64,000 nt of DNA from a virus (Duplodnaviria; Caudoviricetes). The notes beneath the pieces are model-generated. The model saw only the letters and a list, made by a program, of their open reading frames with translations. It was not told the origin of the DNA and did no database searches. The stretch's first letter is position 1. Every line of letters starts with the position of its first letter. Positions 19,252-29,784 of the stretch are shown here, piece after piece. Both the position numbers and the translations under genes were made by a program. Where the stretch lies: positions 1,829-65,828 of IMG/VR virus record IMGVR_UViG_3300007770_000580; one strand, given 5' to 3'.

Positions 19252-20190
19252 TTAAATTTTCTCGGAAAGAATGAAAAAGGTATTTTTTTCTTTATCGAAA
19301 CGTACTACAACGTTGTCAGTAGTTTTATTAAATTCATAATACCATGTTGGCCAACACTCTCCTGCCATGTTTAATATATTGCTATCGACTGTAATAGGCT
19401 TTTTTCTTCCTAACTCTGCTATAAACATAGCGGTGTATTTTTTATTAGGTAATGAAGAACGCATTTTCCAAGTTAAATCTTTTACAGGGGCGTATGCATC
19501 AAATTTTACGATATCTTTTAAACATGGTGTAGATGACACAATTTTATCAAATGTATATGTTCTTAGATATCTTAAATTATATTGATTCCAACTGTCCATT
19601 CTTTTATATTCTTCATACTTATAATCTCCATCAAGAGCATATTGATTATCGAATTCTTTGATTCCTGTTTTCATTCTATCTATCCTGGCTTTTAACCCAT
19701 TTTCTAAAACATATCCAGGCAAGAGATAAAATGAACCAGAAGCATAATTTGGTATTATTATAGGATTTATGTGACTTTCATTAATTATATGACAAAAATT
19801 AGACCATGGTCCATATACCTGATCAAATATTTCACCTGAAACTGTTTCAGACACTACTACGTCTGGATCAGGGCCCGGTAAATTTTCAAGAATATCTTTT
19901 GTAAATAGTCCTTCAATTAGTGTATATTTTTCTTTTGGTATATTATTTTTTTCAAGATTATATTTAGCTGCTTCTATAAATTCTGGATTAACATCTACCA
20001 TATAAACATGCTTTGCTCCATGATATAAAGCCATAAAGGATAATATACCTGATCCTGTGCCTATATCTAAAACTATTTTATCTTTACAAACCTTTGATAA
20101 TTCATTGAAAAGCCAAATATTTCTTTTATTACACGCTCCAATCATTTTTTCATGACTATATTCTCTAATAGGTGCAAAGGTAATATTCAT
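19252..20190 (-). CDS. SAM-dependent methyltransferase (PRMT/PrmA-like)
   Basis: VLDIGTGSGILSFMA, GAKHVY, DVVVSE. Confidence 0.8.
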   Translation of the reverse strand: MNITFAPIREYSHEKMIGACNKRNIWLFNELSKVCKDKIVLDIGTGSGILSFMALYHGAKHVYMVDVNPEFIEAAKYNLEKNNIPKEKYTLIEGLFTKDILENLPGPDPDVVVSETVSGEIFDQVYGPWSNFCHIINESHINPIIIPNYASGSFYLLPGYVLENGLKARIDRMKTGIKEFDNQYALDGDYKYEEYKRMDSWNQYNLRYLRTYTFDKIVSSTPCLKDIVKFDAYAPVKDLTWKMRSSLPNKKYTAMFIAELGRKKPITVDSNILNMAGECWPTWYYEFNKTTDNVVVRFDKEKNTFFILSEKI

Positions 20191-20228
20191 AATATGTCTC
20201 CAAATTTACGTTGTTTTTTTCGTTTATA

Positions 20229-21158
20229 TTAGTCAAAAATAAAATCATTTATTTTAGGATCGCGATCATATTTTATTTTAATGGTGTCAGATATTTTATC
20301 GAATTTATATATATGCGTTGGCCAAAGGTCTTGTTGCATTACATGTAAGGTACTATTTTTAATTTGAGAACAGTTTAATAATCCAATTAGCATAATGCCG
20401 TAATTGCCATTTGGTAAATTAGAAGTAGTAGTCCACGTTTCATTTATATTTGGATTATGAAAATCAAAATGTATTACATTTCTTAATGTTTCGACAGTTG
20501 ATTGCAATGCTGATTCGCGTAACTTTAGTAAGTAATTGTAATCAGATCTACCTTGTAATTGCTTACCGACTTTATATCTTTCTAGTTGTTTAAATTTTTT
20601 ACCAAATAAAGATGCATTTATAAAATAACTATTATCTACTTCTTTAACGCCGGTTGCCATAATACCTGTTACTTCATTGTCTTGTCTATGCTTATCAATA
20701 ACGTCAAACATCTCAGTATTGGTAAAGATTGACAAAGAACCATATATTGTGTCAGGTATTAAAATAGCGTTCTTTGTATTTATATTTTGTTTTATAGGTT
20801 TATAAATTTCCTCTAAATTAATTTCAAACAAATTGCCACATATTAACTCACTTATTACTACATCTATTTGTGGTAATTCCTTTAAAACATCTATTAATTC
20901 TGAATTAATAATAGTATAACGAGATTCATCTATGTTCGCTTGTTGCATAATAGAATACGCCAACTCACAACACTCTTTATTGTGATCAACCATATAAATA
21001 TGTTTTGCTCCAGAATGCAATGCGAATAATGAAAGAATTCCTGACCCTGAACCAATATCCAAACAAATTTTATTATTGCATACTGCTTTTATTTGTTTGT
21101 AGTACCAATTGTTTCTTAATGGACTAGAAAAAAGTAGGGATTGATCATAAATTCGCAT
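20229..21158 (-). CDS. SAM-dependent methyltransferase (PRMT/PrmA-like), tandem paralog
   Basis: LDIGSGSGILSLFA, GAKHIY, DVVISE. Confidence 0.8.
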   Translation of the reverse strand: MRIYDQSLLFSSPLRNNWYYKQIKAVCNNKICLDIGSGSGILSLFALHSGAKHIYMVDHNKECCELAYSIMQQANIDESRYTIINSELIDVLKELPQIDVVISELICGNLFEINLEEIYKPIKQNINTKNAILIPDTIYGSLSIFTNTEMFDVIDKHRQDNEVTGIMATGVKEVDNSYFINASLFGKKFKQLERYKVGKQLQGRSDYNYLLKLRESALQSTVETLRNVIHFDFHNPNINETWTTTSNLPNGNYGIMLIGLLNCSQIKNSTLHVMQQDLWPTHIYKFDKISDTIKIKYDRDPKINDFIFD

Positions 21159-21177
21159 ACATTAAATGTTTTCCTAA

Positions 21178-22326
21178 TTAATTAAAGTAATCTTCTCTAT
21201 CGCCTTCACGATGTATATCTAAAGTAATACAATGTAAACCGCCATCCCAAAAGTATCTATGTCTAAATGGGGCAACAATGTATTCTACTTTATGTTTTTT
21301 AAAGGCTGCTTTTAATTCTTCCGGCGGCTCGTTTGTACATAATATCAAGTTTTCATTAATACTTAACATGTTAACATCAAATACACTTTCCTCAATATAG
21401 CCCACCCATTCATCTAACCATTTTCCTACAAAGTCAATAAGCATTGCATTAGTCTCTTCACCTTGTATCCACCACTTACCTTGATTAGAGTATTTTATTT
21501 TTTCAAATCCTTTTACTACATTATTGGCCCAACCTTGTTCGTGTAAATAAACACCTTCCCAATTTGGTACCGTATTTTTGTATTCATCAAAGTCAGTAGT
21601 ATGTACATATAACCCTGGCTTAATAGGACAAAAAACGCCATCAGAATGGCCACCAATGTTTGTATATTTAATATCATAATTTTCGAATTCTTTTTTTATC
21701 CATTGCTGTTGATAAGCAGGAAAATTATCAACAATTAATCTATTACCTAATCTAACTAAGCAGGGTGCATCTATCATATGCGTTCTAATCTTTAAATGTT
21801 CTGGATCCATGCCAGGTATCATCTTTCCTTGGCTTTTTCTATACATTGACTGCCTATCATTAATTGATACCAATTCTTGCATTATGCTTTTAAACTCTGT
21901 TTCGGTTAATTTTTTTAAGGATTTTAAATCTTTATCATTACGATAAGGATCAAATACTTTACCCTCCTCTGCCGTCATGTTAAACACAGGATCCATTTCT
22001 TCTTTATATATAAAACGATATAAAGTGTTCCCTATTGTAATGTATCCGTCCCTAACTGCCAAAGACGGTATAGGTGGTTTATGTTTTTCTCTTATACATT
22101 CTTGCAATAAGTCTTTTGGTGGAGTTCCGGGCCTATAAACGGTAACATCGTGTTCTTTAAGAACAGTACATAAATTATCTAAATCTCTATTAGTTTCTTC
22201 AAGTATTCTTTTTAGAGGACTTTTTATGCGATCTTCAGTAATAAAGTCGAAAGAATGCTCGTGATATGTTCTTCCAACAATTATTTCTTTAAGTGGCTGG
22301 AAGTCTGTATGGCAGTTTATTTTCAC
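21178..22326 (-). CDS. Amidinotransferase (glycine/inosamine amidinotransferase family)
   Basis: FQPLKEIIVG, VRD, GHSDG and WDGGLHCIT catalytic motifs. Confidence 0.85.
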   Translation of the reverse strand: MKINCHTDFQPLKEIIVGRTYHEHSFDFITEDRIKSPLKRILEETNRDLDNLCTVLKEHDVTVYRPGTPPKDLLQECIREKHKPPIPSLAVRDGYITIGNTLYRFIYKEEMDPVFNMTAEEGKVFDPYRNDKDLKSLKKLTETEFKSIMQELVSINDRQSMYRKSQGKMIPGMDPEHLKIRTHMIDAPCLVRLGNRLIVDNFPAYQQQWIKKEFENYDIKYTNIGGHSDGVFCPIKPGLYVHTTDFDEYKNTVPNWEGVYLHEQGWANNVVKGFEKIKYSNQGKWWIQGEETNAMLIDFVGKWLDEWVGYIEESVFDVNMLSINENLILCTNEPPEELKAAFKKHKVEYIVAPFRHRYFWDGGLHCITLDIHREGDREDYFN

Positions 22327-23001
22327 TTACTTTGCCCAAACAAAATACACTCTATTCTTACCATCTGTGCGTAAATCTAATACAGTGACACCTAAAAAGT
22401 CTGCTGTATTAATAATAAATGTGGGCGTCCAAGCATAAAATTGTATCCAGTCGGCCTCCATTGGATCGTGCATCAGGCCTGGATTAACTCTAAAAAATAT
22501 TTTACCACCAGGTGAGGTTAATTTAACTACACGCTCTAACTCATTGAGTATTTTATTTGTATCACCAAAGTTAATAGAACCCAAACACAACACCACATCG
22601 TATGTAACGTCAGGATCGTAATCCATAATGCCTTTTATAATATCTGCTTTTGGATTATATGGATCAAGTCCCGTTAGATTATGTATGTTACCTCTAAATT
22701 CATTATATCCACAACCAACATCTAATACATTCTTTGGATTAAGGTTATTAACTTCATCAATTAAAGCGGGGCCGCTGTATTTGTATTTTTTAAGTTCGGG
22801 TTGCCATACTCTAGAAAAATAATTTTCTAATACTTTGTCGTCTACTTTATCTACTAACTCGCCTATGTGATTAAATGAAACATCATCTACCCATACATTA
22901 AAAATGCCTTGTATGGATTGCCGTAGTTTATGTTCGTCGCGTAAAATTTGTGGAGATGTTTTAAACATATCCTCTAGTTGACTAAGTATTTTTAAATTCA
23001 T
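22327..23001 (-). CDS. Class I SAM-dependent methyltransferase
   Basis: VLDVGCG, GLDP, YDVVLCLGSINF. Confidence 0.8.
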   Translation of the reverse strand: MNLKILSQLEDMFKTSPQILRDEHKLRQSIQGIFNVWVDDVSFNHIGELVDKVDDKVLENYFSRVWQPELKKYKYSGPALIDEVNNLNPKNVLDVGCGYNEFRGNIHNLTGLDPYNPKADIIKGIMDYDPDVTYDVVLCLGSINFGDTNKILNELERVVKLTSPGGKIFFRVNPGLMHDPMEADWIQFYAWTPTFIINTADFLGVTVLDLRTDGKNRVYFVWAK

Positions 23002-23615
23002 AGTACTGCTACTTTGATGTCATTGTGTGCGTATATTTGGTGAACATTGTCAAGTGGCATGCTAATGCCTAATCTTTCACACAATTCAAAGTTATCTTTT
23101 ACATTCCACTTTAAACTATGTTTCTTAACAAAAGCCCGTATATGTTTGTTTTGTAGGGCAATTTGCTTCTTCATCTTAGCGTCGTCTTCATACCATGCAT
23201 AATTTGGATAACTTATACCAAATCCACCTGCTGTTTTCCACCAGTCAAAACATTTATTGTTCGACCTATATACAAGTATTATTCTAGCATAACTCCAAGT
23301 TTCATGCAAGTAATCCAAGCCAGTTGCCATTGTATGGCTTTTAATAATTCTATACTTGCTTTTGTTTAGTATGCCTTTGAATGGTTTATTGAACTCTGCT
23401 TCGTTTTGTTTAACGTCTCTACTACTAATATCGTCAAACCATGTGCCGAATTCCATACCTGGGTCAAAGTATGAGCCTGTGTGTTTTGCTATAGCATACG
23501 TGTATTGTCGATCAGCAGTTTGGTCTGTAGCATCTATTTCTGCGGAACTGCTAATATACTTAGCAACGCTACTCCAACGAGAACCAGGAGCACCGACGAG
23601 AAAAATATAACTCAT
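22998..23615 (-). CDS. Sulfotransferase-like/P-loop protein (start near MSYIFL, approximate)
   Basis: FLVGAPGSRWS, IIKSH and ILVYR motifs. Confidence 0.5.
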   Translation of the reverse strand: MSYIFLVGAPGSRWSSVAKYISSSAEIDATDQTADRQYTYAIAKHTGSYFDPGMEFGTWFDDISSRDVKQNEAEFNKPFKGILNKSKYRIIKSHTMATGLDYLHETWSYARIILVYRSNNKCFDWWKTAGGFGISYPNYAWYEDDAKMKKQIALQNKHIRAFVKKHSLKWNVKDNFELCERLGISMPLDNVHQIYAHNDIKVAVL

Positions 23616-23629
23616 ACATATACTTATAT

Positions 23630-23653
23630 TGGGCGCCCTTTGCGGGCGCACAA
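23630..23653 (-). terminator. GC-rich hairpin (gcgccc/gggcgc), possible terminator or processing site
   Basis: tgggcgccctttgcgggcgcaca. Confidence 0.4.
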
Positions 23654-23722
23654 TTGTGATTTAAAAATTAACCTGATAATGGATTATCAAGTGCTCGCTC
23701 AACTCGTCTGTCAACTGATTCT

Positions 23723-24022
23723 TCAAACTCTTTCGCAATCGCTCAAGGGTCGGGCATGCCAATGGAGATGATCAAATACAGTACGTTGTACTTTATCTAT
23801 GTAATAATTTCCACTACCAAATTTTTTATCGGCAACCTCTCGCAAAGCCGCCTCCATTTCGGCATAGTCTCTAGGTGGAATGGACATTGTATGCCCTGCG
23901 CGCCATACAACCATTGGCAAAATGCAAGACATACAATCCAGTATAATCCATCGGGGATCACTATCATCATATAAATGTATGATAGTATGTAACTCGCAAA
24001 GTTCGCAAGTATCCCTAGTCAT
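23723..24022 (-). CDS. HIT-like protein
   Basis: CxxC at the N-terminus; HLHWH triad near the C-terminus. Confidence 0.6.
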   Translation of the reverse strand: MTRDTCELCELHTIIHLYDDSDPRWIILDCMSCILPMVVWRAGHTMSIPPRDYAEMEAALREVADKKFGSGNYYIDKVQRTVFDHLHWHARPLSDCERV

Positions 24023-24779
24023 CCGAATCTCCGTAGATGCGTAAAACTTCTTCTACCACAGCGTGGCGACGAATGTCTTTCTTTTCAAAATGTATTGATG
24101 AAATATGATCAGTATCATTATACCTATTTAATAAATGCTGAAATTCATATAAACCATTGTCATATAATCTGTCACTTTGATTTAAATCACCAGTCACTAT
24201 CATACGAGAGTCGTCGCCTATTCTTGTTAATAGCATCTTCATTTGACTTTTTGTAGCATTTTGCATTTCATCTGCTATAATAAATGCTCTCTTAAATGTT
24301 CTGCCTCTCATATATGCTAATGGAGATATTTCAATAATACCTTCATTTATCATACGTGATATATTTTTTGGTGAATAATACTCTTGAAACACATCAAAAA
24401 TTGGTTTAGTCCATGGCTCCATTTTTTGTTGAATTGTTCCTGGTAGAAAGCCATGTTGCTCATCAACTTCTACTGCTGGGCGTGTTAAAACAATTTTGTC
24501 TATTTTGTTTTCTGAGTATGCTTTAAGTGCGGCTAAACATGCTAACATTGTTTTGCCTGTTCCTGCGGGACCCACCGCAAATACAATTGTATTGCGTGGA
24601 TTAAGTAATAATTCTATATAGTCTCTTTGGTTAATTGATCTTGCTTGTAGTTTAACGTTTGGTTTCCTTATTGTGTATTTTGGTTTTCCGTAATATTTTT
24701 CAAATTCAATGATCTTCTCGTCCATCAAATCATAAGCGTTGTTACCGCGGTGCTTATGACGATTCCTTCGTCTAGACAT
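24015..24779 (-). CDS. phoH: PhoH-family ATPase
   Basis: GPAGTGKT, LTRPAV, AYMRGRTF, DEMQN, TGDLNQ. Confidence 0.93.
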   Translation of the reverse strand: MSRRRNRHKHRGNNAYDLMDEKIIEFEKYYGKPKYTIRKPNVKLQARSINQRDYIELLLNPRNTIVFAVGPAGTGKTMLACLAALKAYSENKIDKIVLTRPAVEVDEQHGFLPGTIQQKMEPWTKPIFDVFQEYYSPKNISRMINEGIIEISPLAYMRGRTFKRAFIIADEMQNATKSQMKMLLTRIGDDSRMIVTGDLNQSDRLYDNGLYEFQHLLNRYNDTDHISSIHFEKKDIRRHAVVEEVLRIYGDSDD

Positions 24780-24901
24780 TTTCCACCTCGCTTAAAATAA
24801 AATTCTACACAATGTTGTGTAGTAAAAATATTTAATATGATAACGACGTAAGTTATAACATATTTTAAATTATACTATTGCAATTACTAAATAAATACTA
24901 G

Positions 24902-26209
24902 GTGAAACTCAACGAAAAAAACAAGAACGTTTATTGCCCTGCTCCTTTCCACGAACAATTAGTTGATTCCGACGGAACCATTAAACCTTGCTGTGTGGCT
25001 AAAGGAACTGTTTATAATGACGATGGTTCTGAAGCAAACATTACTGTTAATAGTTTACAAGAAGTTTGGAATAACAAACATATGCAAGAAATACGTCAAA
25101 ATATGATTGACGGTATAGAACCTGCAAATGAAATGTGTGACATTTGTTATAATCTCGAACGCTACGGCTTGCATAGTAATAGAATAAATGAATTAGAACA
25201 ATACAAAGACTACGTAGATACTGCTATTGTCGACGAACTTCCTGATTATTATGATTTAAGATTTGGAAATTTATGCAACCTACAATGTATAATGTGTGAT
25301 GCTCATTACAGTTCTCGTTTGATGACGGAGCAAGAAAAAATTTTAGATTTATTAAAAAATGACATAGAATACACGAATTACTTATTAGAAGAGAATTATA
25401 CCAGATCAAATACAGTATGGGGCAGAAGTAATGCGGCCAAATATGCATGGCCTGCCGACGATAAAATTTTTAACAATATTCAGAATAGAATGTCTAAATC
25501 TAATTGTAGAAAAATCTATGTCAATGGCGGCGAGCCTACCTTATATAATAAATCATTAGTTAAGATGTTAGAGTTGTTAATAGAATCTAAACAAGCAAAA
25601 AACATGGAACTTTGGATTAATACTAACGCTACGATTGTTGATTTAGAGTTTTATGAGTTACTTGATCAATTTAAACAAGTGCGATTAATGTTGAGCATTG
25701 ATGGTGTAGAAGAATCATTTGAGTACATTAGATATCCCGCAAAATGGAGTAACATTGACGATAATATTATTAAAATTGTTGATTTTGTTAGTAATTCAGA
25801 TGATATGTATAAATGGAGAATTGAATTTCAACCTACATTTCAACTACTTAATTTATTAGACATTACTAAGATGATTGAATATTGGTTATCTATTAGGCAA
25901 AAAATACCTTGTTACTTTACTCTAAATAAGTTAAGTGATCCGAGTTGGTATGATGTTGATATAGCAAACATAGAAATTAAAAACAAAATCAAAAAAGAAG
26001 TACAAAGCAAATTTGTAGAAGAAGATAAAGAAGTTTCAGATTTAATTTCTTATATTAGTAATATTATGTCATATGAAACCTTGCAAGAAGAAGAACATAG
26101 ACGAATGTTAATTGATTGTGCTATAGATATGCATGAAATATATAAAAATGTTAGAAGTATTGATAAATTAGACGACTGGTTTTACAATACTATAGATAAA
26201 CTGCGTTAA
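24902..26209 (+). CDS. Radical SAM protein with an N-terminal twitch/SPASM-like domain
   Basis: CPAPF...PCC, CxxC, CNLQCIMC, GGEP, SIDG. Confidence 0.85.
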   Translation: MKLNEKNKNVYCPAPFHEQLVDSDGTIKPCCVAKGTVYNDDGSEANITVNSLQEVWNNKHMQEIRQNMIDGIEPANEMCDICYNLERYGLHSNRINELEQYKDYVDTAIVDELPDYYDLRFGNLCNLQCIMCDAHYSSRLMTEQEKILDLLKNDIEYTNYLLEENYTRSNTVWGRSNAAKYAWPADDKIFNNIQNRMSKSNCRKIYVNGGEPTLYNKSLVKMLELLIESKQAKNMELWINTNATIVDLEFYELLDQFKQVRLMLSIDGVEESFEYIRYPAKWSNIDDNIIKIVDFVSNSDDMYKWRIEFQPTFQLLNLLDITKMIEYWLSIRQKIPCYFTLNKLSDPSWYDVDIANIEIKNKIKKEVQSKFVEEDKEVSDLISYISNIMSYETLQEEEHRRMLIDCAIDMHEIYKNVRSIDKLDDWFYNTIDKLR

Positions 26210-26210
26210 T

Positions 26211-26531
26211 TTACCAATTTGGATAGTCTTCGTCTTTTAAATGTTTTTCCAAGACATATCCTTCTCCGAGATGCTCTCGTAATTCTGATTTATGCCTACG
26301 TGTATCTACTAAAATTTTAAAAGATTTTATAATCGCTGTAGATGTGCGAAATGGAAACCACCATGGAAAAAAGGCATGAATAATACCTAGTATACATGCA
26401 TATAATAGTTTTAGACTATTGACGAAGGCAACGCGAAAATGTTGCCAGTATGTTTGTGGATTTTCAGTATCGCGAATATGATCTGTTAAAAAACTCATTT
26501 TTATATCCCCGCATATATTTAAGAAGACCAT
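26211..26531 (-). CDS. Small membrane protein (DUF6356-like), paralog of 42109..42324
   Basis: HI...QTYWQHF..A...GIIHAFFPW motif. Confidence 0.6.
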   Translation of the reverse strand: MVFLNICGDIKMSFLTDHIRDTENPQTYWQHFRVAFVNSLKLLYACILGIIHAFFPWWFPFRTSTAIIKSFKILVDTRRHKSELREHLGEGYVLEKHLKDEDYPNW

Positions 26532-26563
26532 TTATTATAATAATAAATGCTTATTATGTAATT

Positions 26564-26653
26564 AAAGTTAATCTAGATTAACTTTCTTCGAATGATTTAA
26601 AATTTAATAAGCGTATTTATGATCATAAATACGCTTAATAAGCGTATTTATGA
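26564..26653. repeat. Palindrome cluster: 22-bp palindrome (26564-26585), 30-bp palindrome (26608-26637) and a 19-bp direct repeat
   Basis: aaagttaatctagattaacttt; taagcgtatttatgatcataaatacgctta; ttaataagcgtatttatga x2. Confidence 0.8.
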
Positions 26654-26665
26654 ATAAATAGTTGT

Positions 26666-27787
26666 ATGCGTCATTACGTTGATGTTGTTTTAAAAGACGG
26701 CAAAAAAATAAAAATAAAATTTTTAGATAATCCTTTTATTGAAAAATTTATTGAACACTTAACACTGAATAATTCAATCTGTGAGGTTGTATCATGGGAT
26801 CTACCTTACCCTTTACAGCCAGAGCCTTACGACAAAGTTAAAGTTGAAGGATATACAAATCAACTTAAAAGATATATCAAAAATCTTAATAACTTAGGGT
26901 TAAATTATCCTATACCTTTAGAAGAAATTGATTTTAGTGAAGGTATGGAGCTAGGCGATGGAAAAAATGCCGAAAAACGCGATTTACTTAATAGATTACA
27001 CAGGCATTTCACAACAGGTGAAGATTCTTATTACAAATCTGAAGATATTTGGGCCGAAGACCAAAAAGCCAACCCCGACTTGCCAATAAAGATAGAAGAT
27101 TACCAAGGGGTATGGCAATACGGAACTGACTATACTTTTAATTTGCCTTCATATGATAAAGAAGAAGACAGAGAGGTTTTTTTCGACTCTTTGCATGGAC
27201 TTAATTATGCAGTACACGATATAGAAATGTATTATACAAATGATCGCATGGATAGATTCAGGCCAGGTAAAAAAGCTGATGATCCCCGCCATTTGCTAAT
27301 GACGTGGGAATACCAAATTGAACTTAAATTATTACCGTCTCCCTCAGAGTATCCAGATGGTAATACTATGGATGCTGATGATAAAATAGCCAAACTATCG
27401 AAGTTAGGTGTACAAAATATGGATGAAAACTATTTTAAGAAATTTGATCAAGAAGATTATCAATACTTCAGCGATGATTTATCACATGATGTTTGGATTC
27501 CATTATACCAAATACAAGGTAAGGATTATATACGAGCGTTTTTCGAATACGATGATCCAACTAGTTGGGACATACATGCCGCTAGTGTAGCATATACTGG
27601 TTGTTTTTCCATCGGCGATAGAAGCATGATTAGACATCCTGAACTTTTAGAGTATATGAGGTCGTTTGGCATAGAGCCGGGGCCATTTGAATGTGGTATG
27701 CCATTGGGACATGTAGTTGAAGGTAAAGATCTAGTACCTAGTTTAAGAGAAAATACAGTTAAAGAATTGATAATTTATAAAGAATAA
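26666..27787 (+). CDS. Hypothetical protein
   Basis: 373-aa ORF; LNRLHRHF and LNYAVHDIE motifs. Confidence 0.7.
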   Translation: MRHYVDVVLKDGKKIKIKFLDNPFIEKFIEHLTLNNSICEVVSWDLPYPLQPEPYDKVKVEGYTNQLKRYIKNLNNLGLNYPIPLEEIDFSEGMELGDGKNAEKRDLLNRLHRHFTTGEDSYYKSEDIWAEDQKANPDLPIKIEDYQGVWQYGTDYTFNLPSYDKEEDREVFFDSLHGLNYAVHDIEMYYTNDRMDRFRPGKKADDPRHLLMTWEYQIELKLLPSPSEYPDGNTMDADDKIAKLSKLGVQNMDENYFKKFDQEDYQYFSDDLSHDVWIPLYQIQGKDYIRAFFEYDDPTSWDIHAASVAYTGCFSIGDRSMIRHPELLEYMRSFGIEPGPFECGMPLGHVVEGKDLVPSLRENTVKELIIYKE

Positions 27788-27789
27788 TT

Positions 27790-28449
27790 ATGGACTTAGA
27801 AACATTTTATAACGAAAATGTTAATATTAAATATTCATTTCCGAAAAAATTTACTAGTAAAACTACTCCTTTTCTACCTTTATTAATAGATGGGCCTTGG
27901 AAAGAAATATTGGCAGAAGCAAAAGCTGTAGATCATTTATTCGTACCACACCGTAATGACAATAGTACAGGATGGGCAAGTTTGTGTTTACACGGATATG
28001 GTGCGACTAAAACAGATTCAGATGGTATGTATCCGGAACACGAAGGACAAACACATGATTGGACTGAAATAGCGAACATGTGTCCTGTTGCAACAGAGTA
28101 TTTTAAAAATGTTTTTCCGTACAATTCGTACGAAAGACTAAGATTTATGAGATTGGCGCCAGGTGGTTATATTGTACCACATAATGATGCAGATGATTGG
28201 AATTTAGGTGCAGTTAATATTAGTTTAAATAATCCTAAAAATTGTAATTTCGTGGTCAAGGATGTAGGTATAGTTCCTTTTAAAGATTCAGGCGGCGTTA
28301 TGGCTTTCAATACTAGTTACGATCACAGTGTTTGGAATCGTAGTAATGAAAATAGATACCATATGATTGTTCATGGGCAAGGTAAAAATGAGTATTGGGA
28401 TATAGTTAACGACAGTTATACGTTTTATACTGAGTCTGTGCTTCAATAG
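27790..28449 (+). CDS. Aspartyl/asparaginyl beta-hydroxylase-like 2OG-Fe(II) oxygenase
   Basis: RFMRLAPGGYIVPHND, HSVWN, RYHMIVHG. Confidence 0.8.
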   Translation: MDLETFYNENVNIKYSFPKKFTSKTTPFLPLLIDGPWKEILAEAKAVDHLFVPHRNDNSTGWASLCLHGYGATKTDSDGMYPEHEGQTHDWTEIANMCPVATEYFKNVFPYNSYERLRFMRLAPGGYIVPHNDADDWNLGAVNISLNNPKNCNFVVKDVGIVPFKDSGGVMAFNTSYDHSVWNRSNENRYHMIVHGQGKNEYWDIVNDSYTFYTESVLQ

Positions 28450-29779
28450 TAATATTATTTTTCGATTTTTCGAAGTGCTTAATCAAAGAATCAAATTTAG
28501 CCATTGTATTTTTTCTTCCCAGTAAGAAAATTGTCCAAGTCATGTCAAAAGCATTGCTAACCCATATAAAGAAATTTTTATTTTCTTCGCTATTAACTGC
28601 TTCTATTAGTTTTTGTGGATCAGATAAAAAGTCTGTTTTAACATAAACACATTCTATATTGCAATATTCTTGCCATGCTTGTTGGAATTCTTCTGTAGTT
28701 AAATTCATTTCCTGTAAAAATTTGTTTATTTCACTTTCCATAGAATTCCAACTACGCCATGCTAAATCATAGTCAGGGTAAATATTACCAAATTCTAGAA
28801 TATGCTGATGATATACCGCTAGGTTGCCGTCCCAATGATCTCGCATATATTTTTGAAAGTTTATTCCGGCGTCACTAATATCCATAACTGTTATTTTAGT
28901 ATTGTCGTGATAGCCAAATTTGTGTGTAAGTAGCGCAGGTTTAAATCCTCCTGCAACTACAATATAATGGTCAATAGGAGTTTTTACATTTGAGGCATCA
29001 TCGTTTGATATTTCTTCTGTATTAAGTATATAAGCAGTTTTACTTAAATGTTCTTTTTGCCACAATACATCATGTATTGCACTTTTATATAGATTAGATT
29101 CTTTATCTATCTTTCCTGTTTTGAAAAAATTATTAAGTATTTCATATTCATGATTAGGATACAAATGCCATTTTTGATTCCTAAGTTCATCATCAAAGTT
29201 TATAATACGATGTCCTGCTTCTGTAAGTTTTTCTATTACTACGCTACCAAACTCTCTGTGATCTAGTATTACAATTTCATCTGTTTTGTCTGGGCCCACC
29301 CAGTACGGCGTATATTCGTCATGAAAATTTTCTATACTTCTTTCTATATTGTTTATTTTATCATTTACAATATTAACCCATTCAAACGCCGGACACCCTA
29401 CTTGTTTCCAAGCAAGTAAGTCCATTACTATACACTGGTTATGTAAGTAAGGATAAGGAAAATAGTTATGTGTAGGATTGTGTAATACATGACCCATTAA
29501 TGGAGAATTTGCTTCTTCGCATTTCTTTACTGCGAGATTATAAAAATCTGTAGGGTTAGTATGTATTGCGTGTCCGGTAGTATTAATTAATACCCACTTG
29601 TTTTCTTCTATTACTTTATCAGAGAGTTCTTTAAGTGTATTACTGAGTTCTTTGGTTGTAATAAGATCAAATCCATCAGGAGCCCATGTATAATGATCTG
29701 TAATACCTCTTATGTGGTCGTTATATTCTTCATCAGAATTATCTAAATCATCATATATTATAAAGTATTTTAAATGCAT
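28406..29779 (-). CDS. Hypothetical protein
   Basis: 457-aa ORF; RSIENFHDEYTPYWV motif. Confidence 0.7.
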   Translation of the reverse strand: MHLKYFIIYDDLDNSDEEYNDHIRGITDHYTWAPDGFDLITTKELSNTLKELSDKVIEENKWVLINTTGHAIHTNPTDFYNLAVKKCEEANSPLMGHVLHNPTHNYFPYPYLHNQCIVMDLLAWKQVGCPAFEWVNIVNDKINNIERSIENFHDEYTPYWVGPDKTDEIVILDHREFGSVVIEKLTEAGHRIINFDDELRNQKWHLYPNHEYEILNNFFKTGKIDKESNLYKSAIHDVLWQKEHLSKTAYILNTEEISNDDASNVKTPIDHYIVVAGGFKPALLTHKFGYHDNTKITVMDISDAGINFQKYMRDHWDGNLAVYHQHILEFGNIYPDYDLAWRSWNSMESEINKFLQEMNLTTEEFQQAWQEYCNIECVYVKTDFLSDPQKLIEAVNSEENKNFFIWVSNAFDMTWTIFLLGRKNTMAKFDSLIKHFEKSKNNITIEAQTQYKTYNCR

Positions 29780-29784
29780 ACCGA

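Noticed and set aside
24780-24900. Pho box upstream of phoH
   Set aside because: Only a short hairpin (ctacacaa/ttgtgtag); no CTGTCAT-like 11-bp direct repeats.
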